From Octopus vulgaris (Eukaryota): a DNA stretch of 64,000 bases. The DNA lies in the NCBI GenBank assembly GCA_951406725.2, contig OX597828.1, positions 14,570,001 to 14,634,000 on the forward strand. The letters are read 5' to 3'. Shown here one piece after another: positions 40,167-54,344 of this stretch. Every line of letters starts with the position of its first letter. The first letter of the stretch is position 1. The position numbers were made by a program, and so were the translations under genes. The notes under the pieces were generated by a model that saw nothing but the letters and a program-made list of their open reading frames with translations, had not been told where the DNA came from and searched no databases.

Positions 40167-40221
<55 letters not shown>

Positions 40222-40224
<3 letters not shown>

Positions 40225-40800
40225 GAATTACTCTGGAAGTTCACCGAAGCATATGATACACTTCAACAATACCTCAACATTTTCTAGAATCTCTAGCTTT
40301 TGTGTTAGGACTAACGCTGGCCTTACTAAAAACTTTAACAACGTTACTGCTGCCTGCAAGGGCTGCATCCTGTCAATGCTTCTGTTTCTGTTCATAGTCG
40401 ACCTAATGAAGAAGATACCAGTGGAAACACCGCAGAACTGCCGCAGAAGAAAACGGACAAGCATTGTGATATGGCTTTTGCCGATGGCATTGTGCTACTT
40501 TCAGAAACAAGAGCTGGCCTGCAAAACTAACTAACAAGATCTAAGAACAAACAAGAAAGATCAGGCTCAGGGTAGCAGTGAAGAACTAAGTGGATTCCAC
40601 TACCCAGTGTTTCTTCGTCTGCAGACAACAAATTGTGGAAGATGTGAACAATTTCTCTGACCTGGAAAATGTGATCAGTAATGATCGAACCATAGAAATT
40701 GATGTAAACCGTGAAATTAAGAAAGCGAGGGTGGTATTCCAGCACCAAAGTCAGGCAACAACAAGCATCAGTATCGATATGGAGTTCCAACGACCAGCGT
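40222..40800 (+). pseudogene. Decayed RTE-clade RT fragment
   Basis: GCILSMLLFLFIVDLMKK; DMAFADGIVLLS; VEDVNNFSDLENVISND...DVNREIKKARVVF, in different frames. Confidence 0.75.
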
Positions 40801-40921
40801 TTGATAGTATATGAGATGCACTTTTTTTTTTCCAAACAAATGTTCAGAAGAAAATTGCCCCAGGTTCTATAAACGAAGTTGAGCTTCCTATAAGCTAATT
40901 TTGTCCCGATGCTCACCACTA

Positions 40922-41138
40922 CGAGGGCATGCTGAAAATTTCCTGTCTTTGGGTGACAGAAAATACAGGAGAATAAGTTAATTATGATTTAATTCAGAAT
41001 ATTACCCTCTCAGATCCACACACTTATTGCAGCAATTCTTCAGTTTTTCCAAGCCCTGTAAAAGAACTCGGAAGTTTGGGCCTCCAATCAGGCTTTTCGC
41101 GATACCCTTAAAGCCAGGAACTTTTAAGCACTGCTTCG
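40922..41138 (-). mobile_element. Mariner-derived MITE, copy 2
   Basis: TA-cgagggcatgctgaaaa.../...ttttaagcactgcttcg-TA. Confidence 0.8.
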
Positions 41139-41204
41139 TACAAGCAAATTTTAATTCAGACGGTCTAGCTTAACTTCATAATAATAATAATAATAATAAT
41201 AACA

Positions 41205-41422
41205 ACCCTTTCTACAATAGCCACAAGGCCTGAAATTGTGGGGGAGAAGGCTAGTCGATTACATCGAGCCCATTACTCAGTTGGTACTTAGTTTATCGAT
41301 CTCGAAAGGATGAAAGGCAAAGTCGACCTTGGCGGAATTTGAACTCTACACGTAAAGACGGACGAAATGCCGCAAAGCATTTTGCCCGGCGTGCTAACGA
41401 TTCTGCCAGTTCGTCGCCTTCC

Positions 41423-41456
<34 letters not shown>

Positions 41457-41677
41457 TAATAACCCTTTCTACTAAAGGCACAAGACCTGGAATTTAGGAG
41501 AGGGCACTAGTCGAGTACATCGACCCGAATGCTTCATTGGTACTTAATTTATTGACCCCCGAAGGGATGAAAAGCAAAGTCGACCTCGGCGGAATTTGAA
41601 CTTAGAACATAGCGGCAGACGAAATACCGCTTATCATTTTGCCCGGCGTGCTAACGTTTATGCCAGCTCGCCGCCTT
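41205..41677 (-). mobile_element. Two SINE B copies in (TAA)n
   Basis: Copies at 41205-41420 and 41461-41677. Confidence 0.85.
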
Positions 41678-41688
41678 TCATAATAATG

Positions 41689-41794
<106 letters not shown>

Positions 41795-41798
41795 TGAT

Positions 41799-42092
41799 GG
41801 AATGATCAAGAAGGGAACCGAAAATTATATGAGAATGATCCCTGGCTTACCATCCCTGCAAGAAGTGCAAAAGATTGTCTTAACTGGTACATCACACGTA
41901 TTGAGAAGAGCATTGTCGATGTGAGAACTATTACTACCCATGTATTTTAATTTAACTTTAAAAAAAAGTGAACGAACTAGTGAGTTTAGTTTAATGGCCT
42001 ACCAATGTATACTATGAGTTTCTTTGCCCTAGGAGTCGGGAAGACACTCGGCAAGAAATGGAAGCAAATTTGAAAGAAGAGGGAAAAAAAGA
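41799..42092 (+). mobile_element. Second Dong/R4 subfamily, extreme 3' fragment in (TAA)n
   Basis: GMIKKGTENYMRMIPGLPSLQEVQKIVLTGTSHVLRRAL aligns with the C-terminus of the 26790-28000 element. Confidence 0.8.
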
Positions 42093-42093
42093 T

Positions 42094-42130
<37 letters not shown>

Positions 42131-42203
42131 TGTTTTATGTAATGTTTTCTACTATAGCTGAGGTATATTTGTAATGTTTTCCTTGATTACTTTAAGTCAG
42201 AGG

Positions 42204-42530
42204 CTCATGATTGTGAGCACCGGGCTCACAATCATGAGATAGTGAGTTCCAATTCTTGGACCGGGCTGTGTGTTGCGCTCTTGAGCAAGACACTTTATTT
42301 CACGTTGCTTCAGTTCACTCAGCTGTAGAAATGAGTTGAGACATCACTACAGCCAAGTTACATCGGCCTTTGCCTTTCTCTTGGATAACTTCCGAGGCGA
42401 GGAGAGAGGAAGCTAGTATGCATGAGCGACTGATGTTCTTCGTAAAACAACCTTGCCCGGACTTGTGTCTCGGAGGAGAACTTTCTAGGTGCAATACCAT
42501 GGTCATTCATGACCGAAGGGAGTCTTTTAT
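42204..42530 (+). mobile_element. CORE-like SINE with a 15-bp inverted duplication at its 5' end
   Basis: cttgagcaagacactt...cactcagctgtagaaatgag; hairpin ctcatgattgtgagc/gctcacaatcatgag. Confidence 0.65.
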
Positions 42531-42710
42531 AGCAGTGGAACAAAAACGTCAGTGAATGTAGTTAACAGGTTGGAGACATTTCACCAACAATGTCCACGAA
42601 ATATCCTAAAGGTCAGCTGGTGAAATAGAGTGATGAGGTACTGAGTCGGTCTGGTGTAGCAGACATTTCTTCTTATCAGTTACTTGGCGAAAACTGCCAT
42701 GACTTATAAC

Positions 42711-43100
42711 GATGATGGAAGCACTCCGTCGGTTACGACGATGAGGGTACCGGTTGATACGAATCAACGGAATAGCCTGCTCGTGAAATTAACGTGTAAG
42801 TGGCTGAGCACTCCACAGACACGTGCACCCTTAACGTAGTTCTCGGGGATATTCAGCGTGACACAGAGAGTGACAAGGCCGGCCCCTTGAAATACAGGTA
42901 CAACAGAGACAGGAAGTAAGAGTGAGAGAAAGTTGTGGTGAATGAGTACAGCAGGGATCACCACCATCCCCTGCCAGAGCCTCGTGGAGCTTTTAGGTGT
43001 TTTCGCTCAATAAACACTCACAACGCCCGGTCTGGGAATCGAAACCGCGATCCTATGACCGCGAGTCCGCTGCCCTAACCACTGGGCCATTGCGCCTCCA
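42711..43100 (-). mobile_element. SINE family C, full length, tail type 3
   Basis: 14-bp TSD ccatgacttataac (42697-42710, 43101-43114). Confidence 0.93.
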
Positions 43101-43546
43101 CCATGACTTATAACACTGAAAGGGAAAAACAGTGACTGCTGCTGCTACTTAGCTTCAAGGTCAGTTTTAAATGAATTCACCTATGATGAAAGGCCTACTT
43201 TGATCACATGATTCAACCCTACTTTGATCATATGATTCAGCCCTACTTGATCCGTCTTGGTTTTAACCAAAGTGCACCCAGGAATACATTTTCTAATGTG
43301 TCCTACGGTTTTTGTTGTTCTGGTTTAGTCTTATTTAAAGCATCTATAGATTTTTCCTGTAATTTTCTTTCTTTCTCCCAACCAAAAATGGCAGCTTTTT
43401 ATCTATAACTTTTTTTTTTTTTACCTGTCACTCTTTTTCCGATTTCCGATAATATAATGTGTTAGCCAAAACCTTCCTACAAAAGTTGTCGTCTGCACCA
43501 ATCTTGAAAATCATCATTTGAAAGACATTAAGGAATTTAGAGAGAG

Positions 43547-43577
<31 letters not shown>

Positions 43578-44543
43578 TGAAAAGAGAGAGGGGGAAGAAA
43601 GGGGGAGAGAACGATTTCTACCAATCTGTGCAGTAAGCGACAAGTGAGATGGGATTTTTTTTGTTAGCTTGTAAACTTCTCTGTATATATTTTTTCCGTA
43701 TTATTAGTGAAATTGAAGGATGAGTTGACAGAAAGAGAGAGCGAAAAAATAGTAGAAATATTATCTGGTAATTTCTAGGATAATTTTAGACAGTCTAGAT
43801 TCTTCTGGTTTATTAAAAGACACTTGACTGCCGCAAGTAAAAATTTGTGTTAGAGAGACAGAATGGGAGTATTAAGACACCTGGCAAGCTAGCGATACTC
43901 ATTCGTGACTGCTGCCTTCAAGCAGAAGTGAAAAGAGAACATATATATATACATAATATATATATAAATAAACTAGTCATTAGCAAAGAGGAATTTGATA
44001 TTAATTTTCAGTAGTGGCAGCAGACAAGATACATATCAACCAGCTTGGCTTCTGAAACTGAGCCTCAACAAAATGTGTGCACGGCTCTGACAAAACTAAG
44101 ATTCTGACGCCCAGACTAGTTTACACTAAGCCGTAATTATATCTCCGTATTCATTTTCTACCTTTCAAACACTGATCTCTCTCACAGCTTCAGTGATTTA
44201 AGTGTTACTTTCTAGAAAACTGGGAACTGCTGGTTTTTGTTAAGTATAACCACTGTTGCTGTTTTGTTTTTTTTTGTGGGGAATATGATGAAAGTAATAC
44301 ATATAGGAAGAGTCTGTCTTGATAGCAACTTCCTAGCTATTGGTATTTAGAAATGTAGCACGCTTTCCAGACTGCAGCAGGTTACTTTGTCACTTTGCCA
44401 GTCATTTAAACATACATACATACATACATACATACATACATACATACATACATACATACATACATACATACATACTTACAGACGCACATATGCATACTTA
44501 TATATACATATATATTTATACATATATGTATGTGTGTCCGTGA

Positions 44544-44580
<37 letters not shown>

Positions 44581-44584
44581 CAGG

Positions 44585-44633
<49 letters not shown>

Positions 44634-44896
44634 CAATAAGTAATAAAAAAAAACCTAGTAAATAAATGAAAAGCATCTTTGTACTATAATGCAACCTATT
44701 AGTAACATATAATTCCAGCATTCAATTATTCCTCGTTTAATTCTTTGAATAAACCAATGTAGAAGGAATGCTGGCACTAGATGTAGGAATGCATATAAGC
44801 GGTTAACGCCTAATCTGTATCGATGGCTTTGCTTAGATCTAGAAAAAGTGTTAGTCTCGTGTTATTAAATTAGATATTTCTTGTCGGAAGTGAGAC

Positions 44897-45290
44897 GGTG
44901 ATGAGCTGGTAGAATCGTTAGCACGCCGGGCGAAATGCTGAGTTCAAATTCCGCCGAGGTCGACTTTGCCTTTCATTCTTCCAGGGTCGATTAAATAAGT
45001 ACCTGTTACGCACTGGGGTCGATATAATCGACTTAATCCGTTTGTCTGTCCTTGTTTCTCCCCTCTGTGTGTAGCCTCTTGTGGGCAGTAGAGAAATAAG
45101 AATCGTTAGCACGACGGAGAAAATGCCGAGCAGCAGTAGCTCTTCCGGGTTTTTACGTTTTGAGTTCAAATCCCACCGAGATCAACTTTGCCTTTCTTCC
45201 TTTCAGGGGTGTCAGTAAAATAAAGTACCGGTCAAGTACTGGAGGAGAGTGTTGATGTAATCGACTTGACCCTCCTCTCAAAACGGCGGG
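44897..45290 (+). mobile_element. Young SINE B nested in an old SINE B
   Basis: Junction gaaataa|gaatcgttagc near 45100. Confidence 0.8.
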
Positions 45291-45414
45291 TGCTGAACCC
45301 TGCAGCTGATCAGGAGTTCAATAGAGTTGTTATGATCTCTGTCGCTTATACGACGTGGAAGTTGGGTTTCTGGCCTCAGGAGTCCTAAGGCCCCAAAGGA
45401 AAACAAAATCTGAG

Positions 45415-45747
45415 GTAAAAAGTTTGCTTCCCAACCTGAGAGTTCAGGACAAATGTTTTCTACTCTAGCATCGGACTGACCAAAGCACGGTGAGTGGAAT
45501 TGGTAAACGGAAACTGAAAGAAGCTTATCATATAAATCCTTCATTTGTTTCAGTCATCTAACTGCGACCATTCTGGAGCACCGCCTTGAAGGATTTTCGT
45601 CGAACAAATCGTCCCCAGCACTTATTCTTTGTAAGCCTAGTACTTATTCTATCGGTCTCTTTTGCCGAACCGCTCAGTTACGGGGACGTAAACACACCAG
45701 CATCGGTTGTCAAGCGATGTTGGAGCGGACAAACACAGACACAGACA

Positions 45748-45838
<91 letters not shown>

Positions 45839-46200
45839 GTGTGTGTGTGTGTGTATACATACGACGGGCTTCTTTCAGTTTCCTTCTACAAAATCCACTC
45901 ACAAGGCTTTGGTCGGCTCAAGGCTACAGTCGAAGAAACCTGCCCAAGATGCCACACAGTGGGACTGTGTGCTTCTTTGTTTTTGCTTATCTCCACCACC
46001 ATCACCACCACCGCATAACAACAAACGTTGGTTTGTTTATGTCCCCGTAACATAGCAGTTCGGCAAACAGAGGCTTATAAAATAAGTAACAGACTTTAAG
46101 AAAAAAGAGCTGGGATCGATGTATTCGACTAAACCCTTCGAGGTGATGCCCCAGCATGGCTGCTGCCTAATAGCCGAAACAAGTTAGAGATAAAGATAAA
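45415..46200. mobile_element. SINE A (45540-45967, minus) nested in an older plus-strand SINE A
   Basis: Old head on the left, old tail on the right. Confidence 0.75.
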
Positions 46201-46729
46201 AGAGAAGAGAAGATAAATACGATAAGAATAAGTGAAAAAAAAACCTGCAACAGAGCAACCCTGGTAATTGTGGTTGGGTTGGTAACCAGTTAACAAGTTT
46301 CGGGGTATATATCTATATAAATATATATCTAGGTAGCAATTGGTACCTGTCAGGAGGGAGAAGTAGGATGTAGTAAGGGAAGGAACGGTTGGGTAAGATG
46401 ATAGGGAGTCCCAAAAGTGGGTAGATGTAGCTTAGGTGGTGATACCTTGAAAAGATGTAGTAATGAAAACAAATACGGGGACTACATTTCGGTAAGTGTT
46501 TTGGTGAGTGTTTAGAACGAAAATAGGGGAGGGTTTGTGTTTATGGGAGCGGTGGAGGTGGGCAGTGGTGGGGGGAGGTTGATCGGATTACTTTGCAGTG
46601 TTAAAGGTTAAAAATTTCAAAGGGGAAGAATATTTAAAAATAAAAAGGAGAAAGAACGTTTGACATTTTGTAAAAAGGTCCACATAAAAACAAGAACTTA
46701 TGTGGGGCACACCAGCTGTTAGAAATGAG

Positions 46730-46844
<115 letters not shown>

Positions 46845-47666
46845 CGTATGTATGTATACATATGCTTAAACGCACACACAGACACACACATATACATATA
46901 TATGTGTGTTATGCATATGTATATATACATGTATATTCTTCAGAGTTATTGTGTGAATATATACATTTACACACACACATATACTCTTTTAGAAAATTTT
47001 CAATATGCATATGGCCAACAGCCGTTCCTTTCTCTCTAAATGCAAACTGTTGGCCCCTTTATAATCATATTTCCACCTCTAGCTTCATGGGGGGCCCCTT
47101 TTTTCTGTTTGCCTCCTCTTCCCAAACTTCATCCGTCTTGTAAGCAAGTAACACACCAAATCACCAAATAGGGTGCAGCCTTTCCCGAATCTTTTGTTCT
47201 AAAATTAACTCTTAGCCTTAATAAATACTCCGTACATATCCGTACATGCCCGTACATTTCCGTACGTCTGACATACTCGTTCCCCATTTTTATATCTACA
47301 GCTGCAACATTTGTTCGAAACATTTCTATTTTCTCCCATCATCCCATCAAAAATTTCGATGAATCAGCCTCCGGTTTCCCTTTTCACCCTTCCCTTTTTC
47401 ATTTGCAGCCATCGAAAATATTTGGAAATATTTGGAAAACATATCGACTCCTCAAAGTGTACCAACATTTCCGTCATGTCTAAAGTCTGAATAAGGAAAG
47501 ACTTTATGATTTTAACATTTCTAATATCTTGGGTACCCAGCCTCCCACCATCGACAGATAATCATCCTCTCTTTCTCTCTCTCACTCTATCTCTCTCTCT
47601 CTCCCCCCCTGCATACATACATATATATGTATATATATATATACATACACACATAAACATATATAC

Positions 47667-48458
<792 letters not shown>

Positions 48459-48462
<4 letters not shown>

Positions 48463-49672
48463 GGTATGTAGAAAAATACAACATGGACAAGAACGTATAA
48501 CTCTTAGAAGACGATACAATAAACACGGACAGGACATTCGAAACCCTCAGTCTTCAGTCAAGAACCGGATCATCGTAGTAATTTCGGCTGATTAATCTTG
48601 AGATTACTAGATCACGGCCAGCCCTCCAAGAAAAACTAAGCAACGAGCATTAGAAAAACTAAGCTGGGAGCGTAGATTTCCTGGAAGAAGGATCGAATGC
48701 ATACGGACACCAGGACAGCAAAAGGGACGAATATAAAAAAACAAAAAAATAATGGAATACAGAAACATGAAATACAGAAGCATTAACGGTGAAAACAACA
48801 AGTGTCTTACGACTGATAACAAGCAAACAAATTTTTTCTCTGGCGCAAGGAAAGGAGCCTTATCGGCGATGCCTATAGCGGCGGACGAAAAACAACGATG
48901 TTAACACGACGCTGGTCAGAAGCTGAAAGGCAGATTTCGGCCAGCAGTCACGTGACAGAGAAGAGAGAAAAGAAAAGAAAGAGAAGCAACGGAAGAGAGA
49001 GAGAGAGAGAGAGAGAGAGGAGGGACAAACGCAACAAAGAGAGAGAAGAGAGAGAAAGAAGGAATCAGAGAGGAGAAGGGATGGGTGTCGAAGATTGACC
49101 TGTGAGTGCAGAGCGAGACAAAGAATAGGAGGGTAGTGGAAGATTAGACCAAAGAATCAGAGGAAAGAGAAGAGAAAAAGAGGATGAGTAGAGAGAGAAG
49201 GGGACAGATCAAGTAAAAGTGAGAGAGAGAGAGAGAGACAAACAAAGAGTCGTACCGATTATTAAGAATATGTGCTCACATTAATGTTAAGAGGGTACGT
49301 GGCGCCTGGAATATATGTTAAGGTATGTAGAAAAATACAACATGGACAAGAACGTATAACTCTTAGAAGACGATACAATAAACACGGACAGGACATTCGA
49401 AACCCTCAGTCTTCAGTCAAGAACCGGATCATCGTAGTAATTTCGGCTGATTAATCTTGAGATTACTAGATCACGGCCAGCCCTCCAAGAAAAACTAAGC
49501 AACGAGCATTAGAAAAACTAAGCTGGGAGCGTAGATTTCCTGGAAGAAGGATCGAATGCATACGGACACCAGGACAGCAGAAGTAACAGAGTGACTCAAG
49601 TTCGGAGGGTTTCGTGCGTTGGCACTTATCAAACTCTCGGACCTTGAGTCACTCTGTAGCTTCAGCTAAATA

Positions 49673-49675
<3 letters not shown>
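48459..49675 (-). mobile_element. Non-coding element with 262-bp direct repeats (pseudo-LTR-like) in (TA)n
   Basis: 48459-48720 = 49318-49579 (859-bp period); homologous to the arms at 7289-7660; strand assumed from motif orientation. Confidence 0.8.
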
Positions 49676-49733
<58 letters not shown>

Positions 49734-50242
49734 TCATATTTTGAGTTCTATTATTAACACACACACACACAAAGGTTTTATAAATGCTTCCTGGAATTTA
49801 TAAGAACACATATTTATCTTGAATTTAATGGCTATAAGTAGGTTAGAATTCAGCTTAGCCTTACTTTGGATAGGATTATTGTTGGTAATGTGAGGAAATG
49901 CTAGCCGAGATTCGAACTACTATTCTTTCGATTCATTCGTGGCAGACCTCAGAATTTGCTATTTTTATATCATATCTTTGGAAACAATAAAATGTTTTCT
50001 TGCGTATCTCCCAATTTCCTTTGGCCAATTCGGAAAGTTCAGCGCGACCTTTCGGGACTTCGGACTCTTAATGAAACCTCTCAACTTATATCTAAAGACT
50101 CGATGAAAGATCACTGCAAGAGTCGCGTTCTACTTTAAGATAGTGATACATCAAAACCAAACCGCGCTTTCTTCGTCCCTTCGAAAAGCAAGTCCTTCAC
50201 CACCACTGTCATCACTTCAACAACCAATACAACAACAACTCT

Positions 50243-50537
50243 AGTGGAGGCGCAATGGCCCAGTGGTTAGGGCAGCAGACTCGCGGTCGTAAGAACCCGG
50301 TTTCGATTCCCAGACCGTATTTTGAGTGTTTATTGAGCACCTAAGCTCCACGAAGCTCCAGCGGGGAAGGGTGAACCCCGCTGTACTCTTTCTCCACAAA
50401 TTTCTCTCACTCTTTCTTCCTACTTCTGCCACAAAGCAGAGGGACCATGGTGTAACCCACTATGGTGTGGTAAACTTTCAGACCCTAGTCTAGATAGCGA
50501 ATCCTCTGTACCCCAGAAGAAGAAGAAGAAGAAGAAG
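50243..50537 (+). mobile_element. SINE family C, tail type 4 ending (GAA)n
   Basis: Family C head and body, then an unrelated tail. Confidence 0.8.
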
Positions 50538-50591
50538 ACAACAGCCACTCTCAGTGATGACTACAACAATCGGACTATCTGAAAAGCAAAC

Positions 50592-50821
50592 CAGTGATTT
50601 TCAACCATTTATTGTCTGGTTTTTATTTTACTCAACAGGACCCCCGAAGCCACTCGATGTACTTTAAAAAGATTTCTGTTGTATTTTTATAATTAGATAT
50701 TATTAGTAATTACCTTGAAAATTTTGTGCATTGTAGAAGAATAACCATAATAACTCATAATTTATAACAAAATTTTATATGGATCTCCAAGAGTTATGTG
50801 GACCCCAGTTGAGATCCACTG
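50592..50821. mobile_element. Possible old hAT-type MITE
   Basis: cagtgattttcaac/gttgagatccactg ends; no TSD recovered. Confidence 0.4.
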
Positions 50822-51096
50822 AATGAGGCTATCTGCCACACTTGCAAATACTTTGACCGCGCTTCGATGTCACTAACCACTTATAAAAAAATGTTTTCAA
50901 TAAAGTATTCTTATAAACACTATCCAATACACTAACACCTGAATCGATAGGAATTCAGAATATAGACTGTGCAACGTTAGTAAATAAACATTTTTTATAA
51001 CAACATAAAACCTGTATAGCCATCGTTCCATTCATTTACATACGTTTACAATAACATTCTCAGAAGATCTAACGAGTCGAGGTATCTAATATTCAT

Positions 51097-51520
51097 TTCA
51101 ACTTTTGGCACAAGGCCAGTAATTTAGGGGGAAGGGTGTAAGTCGATTACATCGACCCTAATGTTAAACTGGTACTTATTTTATTGACTCAGAAAGGATG
51201 AAAGGCAAAGTCGACCTCGGTGGTGTTTGAATTCAGAAAGTAAGGACGGACGAAATGCCGCCCTAACATCTCGCCCGGCGTGCTAACGATTCTTATTTCT
51301 TTATTGCCCACAAGGGGGTAAACATAGAGGGGACAAACAAGGACAGACAAAGGGATTAAGTCGATTACATCGACCCCAGTGCGTAACAGGTACTTAATTT
51401 ATCGACCCCGAAAGGATGAAAGGCAAAGTCGACCTCGGCGGAATTTGAACTCAGAACGCAGGGGCAGACGAGATACCACAAAGTATTTCGCTCGGTGTGC
51501 TAACGCTTCTGCCAGCTCGA
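51097..51520 (-). mobile_element. Young SINE B nested in an old SINE B, one shared outer TSD
   Basis: tcgaggtatctRatatt on both sides; junction near 51292. Confidence 0.85.
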
Positions 51521-52020
51521 GGTATCTGATATTAAATTAGCTTCTCAAAGTATATATCGAAGTACTCGCAGTCGGTTCGAAATCGAAACCCATCTGCTGG
51601 TAGTCTAATACCTTAACCACTGGGCCATTTAACGCTTACCATCCCCTGTTGTCACAAATAAACAACCAAACCTACGAAATTCTTGGCGCCAACCCAAAGT
51701 CAATGAAACTGCTTCACATCATCTTCGTCTGGATTTCGTCACGTTGGTGTGTCATTCATCTCGGCTGCTGTACCACACTTTAGACGCATGTACACACACA
51801 TACACACACACGCACACACACACACACACACACACATCACCCCACCACCGCCGCCGCCGCCGCCGCCACCACCACCACCACCACCTTTTGAGGTAGCGTA
51901 AGAACCCTCTTCTGAAAGCAAGTGACCAGCCATTCAAAATTAGTCTAAAAACCATCCAATCACATCATAGTTCCGGATGGCCATAAAAGTAGGCTGTGGG
52001 CAAACAGCATCCGTCTCTAA

Positions 52021-52055
<35 letters not shown>

Positions 52056-52309
52056 ACAAACAAACAAACAAACAAACGAATGAATAAAAAGGTAGACAGG
52101 AATAAAAATGAGTTTATCTGTGTAAGGAACAACAATTTACAAATGCTGAAGAAAGAAATAATACATGTTTTGAGTATTTTACTCTGATGTTGAACATGTT
52201 ACAACAGATGCTGTAGAGATATGAGTATATACCGAGAGAGATTTAACCATGATGGCTTGGATTCAGGGCGATCGTAACGACGACGACCACTATCACATCA
52301 TCACCGACA

Positions 52310-52310
52310 C

Positions 52311-52383
<73 letters not shown>

Positions 52384-52417
52384 GATGATGATGATGATGA
52401 TGACGATGATGATGATG

Positions 52418-52451
<34 letters not shown>

Positions 52452-52462
52452 TGATGATGATG

Positions 52463-52535
<73 letters not shown>

Positions 52536-52543
52536 TGATGATG

Positions 52544-52599
<56 letters not shown>

Positions 52600-52690
52600 G
52601 AGAAGAAGAAGAAGAAGAAGAAGAAGAAGAAGAAGAAGAAGAAGAAGAAGAAGAAGAAGAAGAAGAAGAAGAAGAAGAAGAAGAAGAAGA
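52310..52690. repeat. (TAA)n/(TGA)n/(GAA)n compound microsatellite
   Basis: Direct reading. Confidence 0.95.
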
Positions 52691-52692
52691 AA

Positions 52693-53312
52693 ATACCCTG
52701 ATGCAGTACCAGGCAGTGGTTCTAATGCTCTGATGCAGTACCAGGCAGTGGTTCTAATGACCTGATGCAGTACCAGGCAGTGGCTCTCATGGCTTCTGAT
52801 CTTAACTGATTGGAAGTGTTATCATGTACATTGTTTTGTCTTGGTATAAAAGATGGGCTACAGCAAATATTCTGCTCAATACCACAGATTTGCTTGTAGC
52901 TGTTTAACCTTAACCAGTTGAGCATGTCCCTTAGTGGCTGACGATATGTGCATCTCTGATCACAAGCAGAAATAGTGGGGGGGCATCATAGCCATGTGTT
53001 GAGAGGGATTCTTTGGGGTTTGAATAATTCACCTTTGGAAACATGGGTGGTTCGTTCAACCTCCTTAAACAATCCTTATTCAGGGACCTTTTGAGCGGGA
53101 TGGGCTACTCGACCAGAAGAAAATTCTAACTGGGCCCCCACCTGCAAGGTCATGCGCTGTTTATCTTGATATGAAATCACCATGTTGCGCACATATGGTT
53201 GTGATGCAAGTGCCTAGTGTACCCTTATCAGACGGGTAGTTATGATGGGTATACTAGGCTTCGTATATTTTACCCCAGTGTCACTTTGATGGCATGCACT
53301 GCTCTCTCACTC
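52693..53312 (+). mobile_element. Family E copy with triplicated 32-bp 5' end
   Basis: ctgatgcagtaccaggcagtgg at 52698, 52730 and 52762. Confidence 0.88.
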
Positions 53313-53520
53313 AATAATAATAATAATAACAATAATGGCCAGTAGAACTGTTTCAAAATGTTTGCCTCCTTGGCACAGCCAGAATAGTTAGGAAAGTATG
53401 AGATAGCCGAAAAGAACATAATTCTTGATATTGTTTTCTTTGGATCTCATTTTTTTTCATTCAAGTTTGCTTTTCCCTTTCGTTCCCTAGTCCCTACCCT
53501 CATTAGTGGTACTGCTATGA

Positions 53521-53748
53521 GGTGAGCTGGCAGAAACGTTAGCACGCCGGGCGAAATGCTTATCGGTATTTCGTCTGCCGCTACGTTCTGAGTTCAAATT
53601 CTGCCGGGGTCGACTTTGCCTTTCCTCCTTTCGGGGTCGATAAAATAAGTACCAGTTACGCACTGGGGTCGATATAATCGACTTAATCCGTTTGTCTGTC
53701 TTTGTTTGTCCTCTCTGTGTTTAGCCCCTTGTGGGTAGTAAAGAAATA
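53521..53748 (+). mobile_element. Young SINE B, solo
   Basis: 17-bp TSD ggtactgctatgaggtg; central gcctttc.tcctttcggggtcgataaaataagtaccag resembles the Meta SINE domain (recalled, unverified). Confidence 0.93.
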
Positions 53749-54344
53749 GGTACTGCTATGAGGTGTACTCCCTCATCGTTTAGTTTTCATTGTTGGTGTG
53801 AGTGACTTATACTTCGCCAATTGTAGCTGGAAGAGGGTGTCATGGCAATGAGGACTGGCAATTTTGGTCACCTTAGGACCGCTAACTGCCATGATTTTTT
53901 CTTGTTGTTGTTACTTTTTATGTTTTCTGGACAGAGAGTGCTTAAATGTCTCTGCTTCCACATGTGGGGCAGCTAGGTCGACTGCTTTGGATGCTGAGTT
54001 TTAAATGCCTTTTGCTCAGCCGTGTCTATAGAACACAGTCCGGGTATTGTTTTGTGATCGTATGGTATCGTGGAGACTCACATGCCTGTAGTTGCTCCAC
54101 CCAACCACATATCACCAAAAATTACGTTCCACCCGTTGCTCTAGAAAGTGACGACTAACCAGGGTTCGACGTCATCACCGATTTCCCTGACGATAACGTT
54201 TGCGTTTCTTTTTCCAAATATTGTAGAACAAATTTATACGCAGGCGTGTCACGTACAATTTAGATTTGTGCTTTAACCCCATATGTCCTGCTTCTTCTTC
54301 TAAAAAAAAAAAAGATTTTAGTTAATATTTTAGTTAAGATTTTA

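Larger units (their letters stand above)
37985..40168 (+). mobile_element. Non-coding PLE-like element with ~219-bp inverted repeats, each carrying a hammerhead
   Basis: 37985-38204 is the reverse complement of 39879-40097; right copy extends about 70 bp further; (TA)n flanks; interior mostly TA/CA low complexity. Confidence 0.85.

Noticed and set aside
43020-43100. SINE heads as genuine tRNA genes
   Set aside because: Acceptor stems are not complementary and each continues into a SINE body
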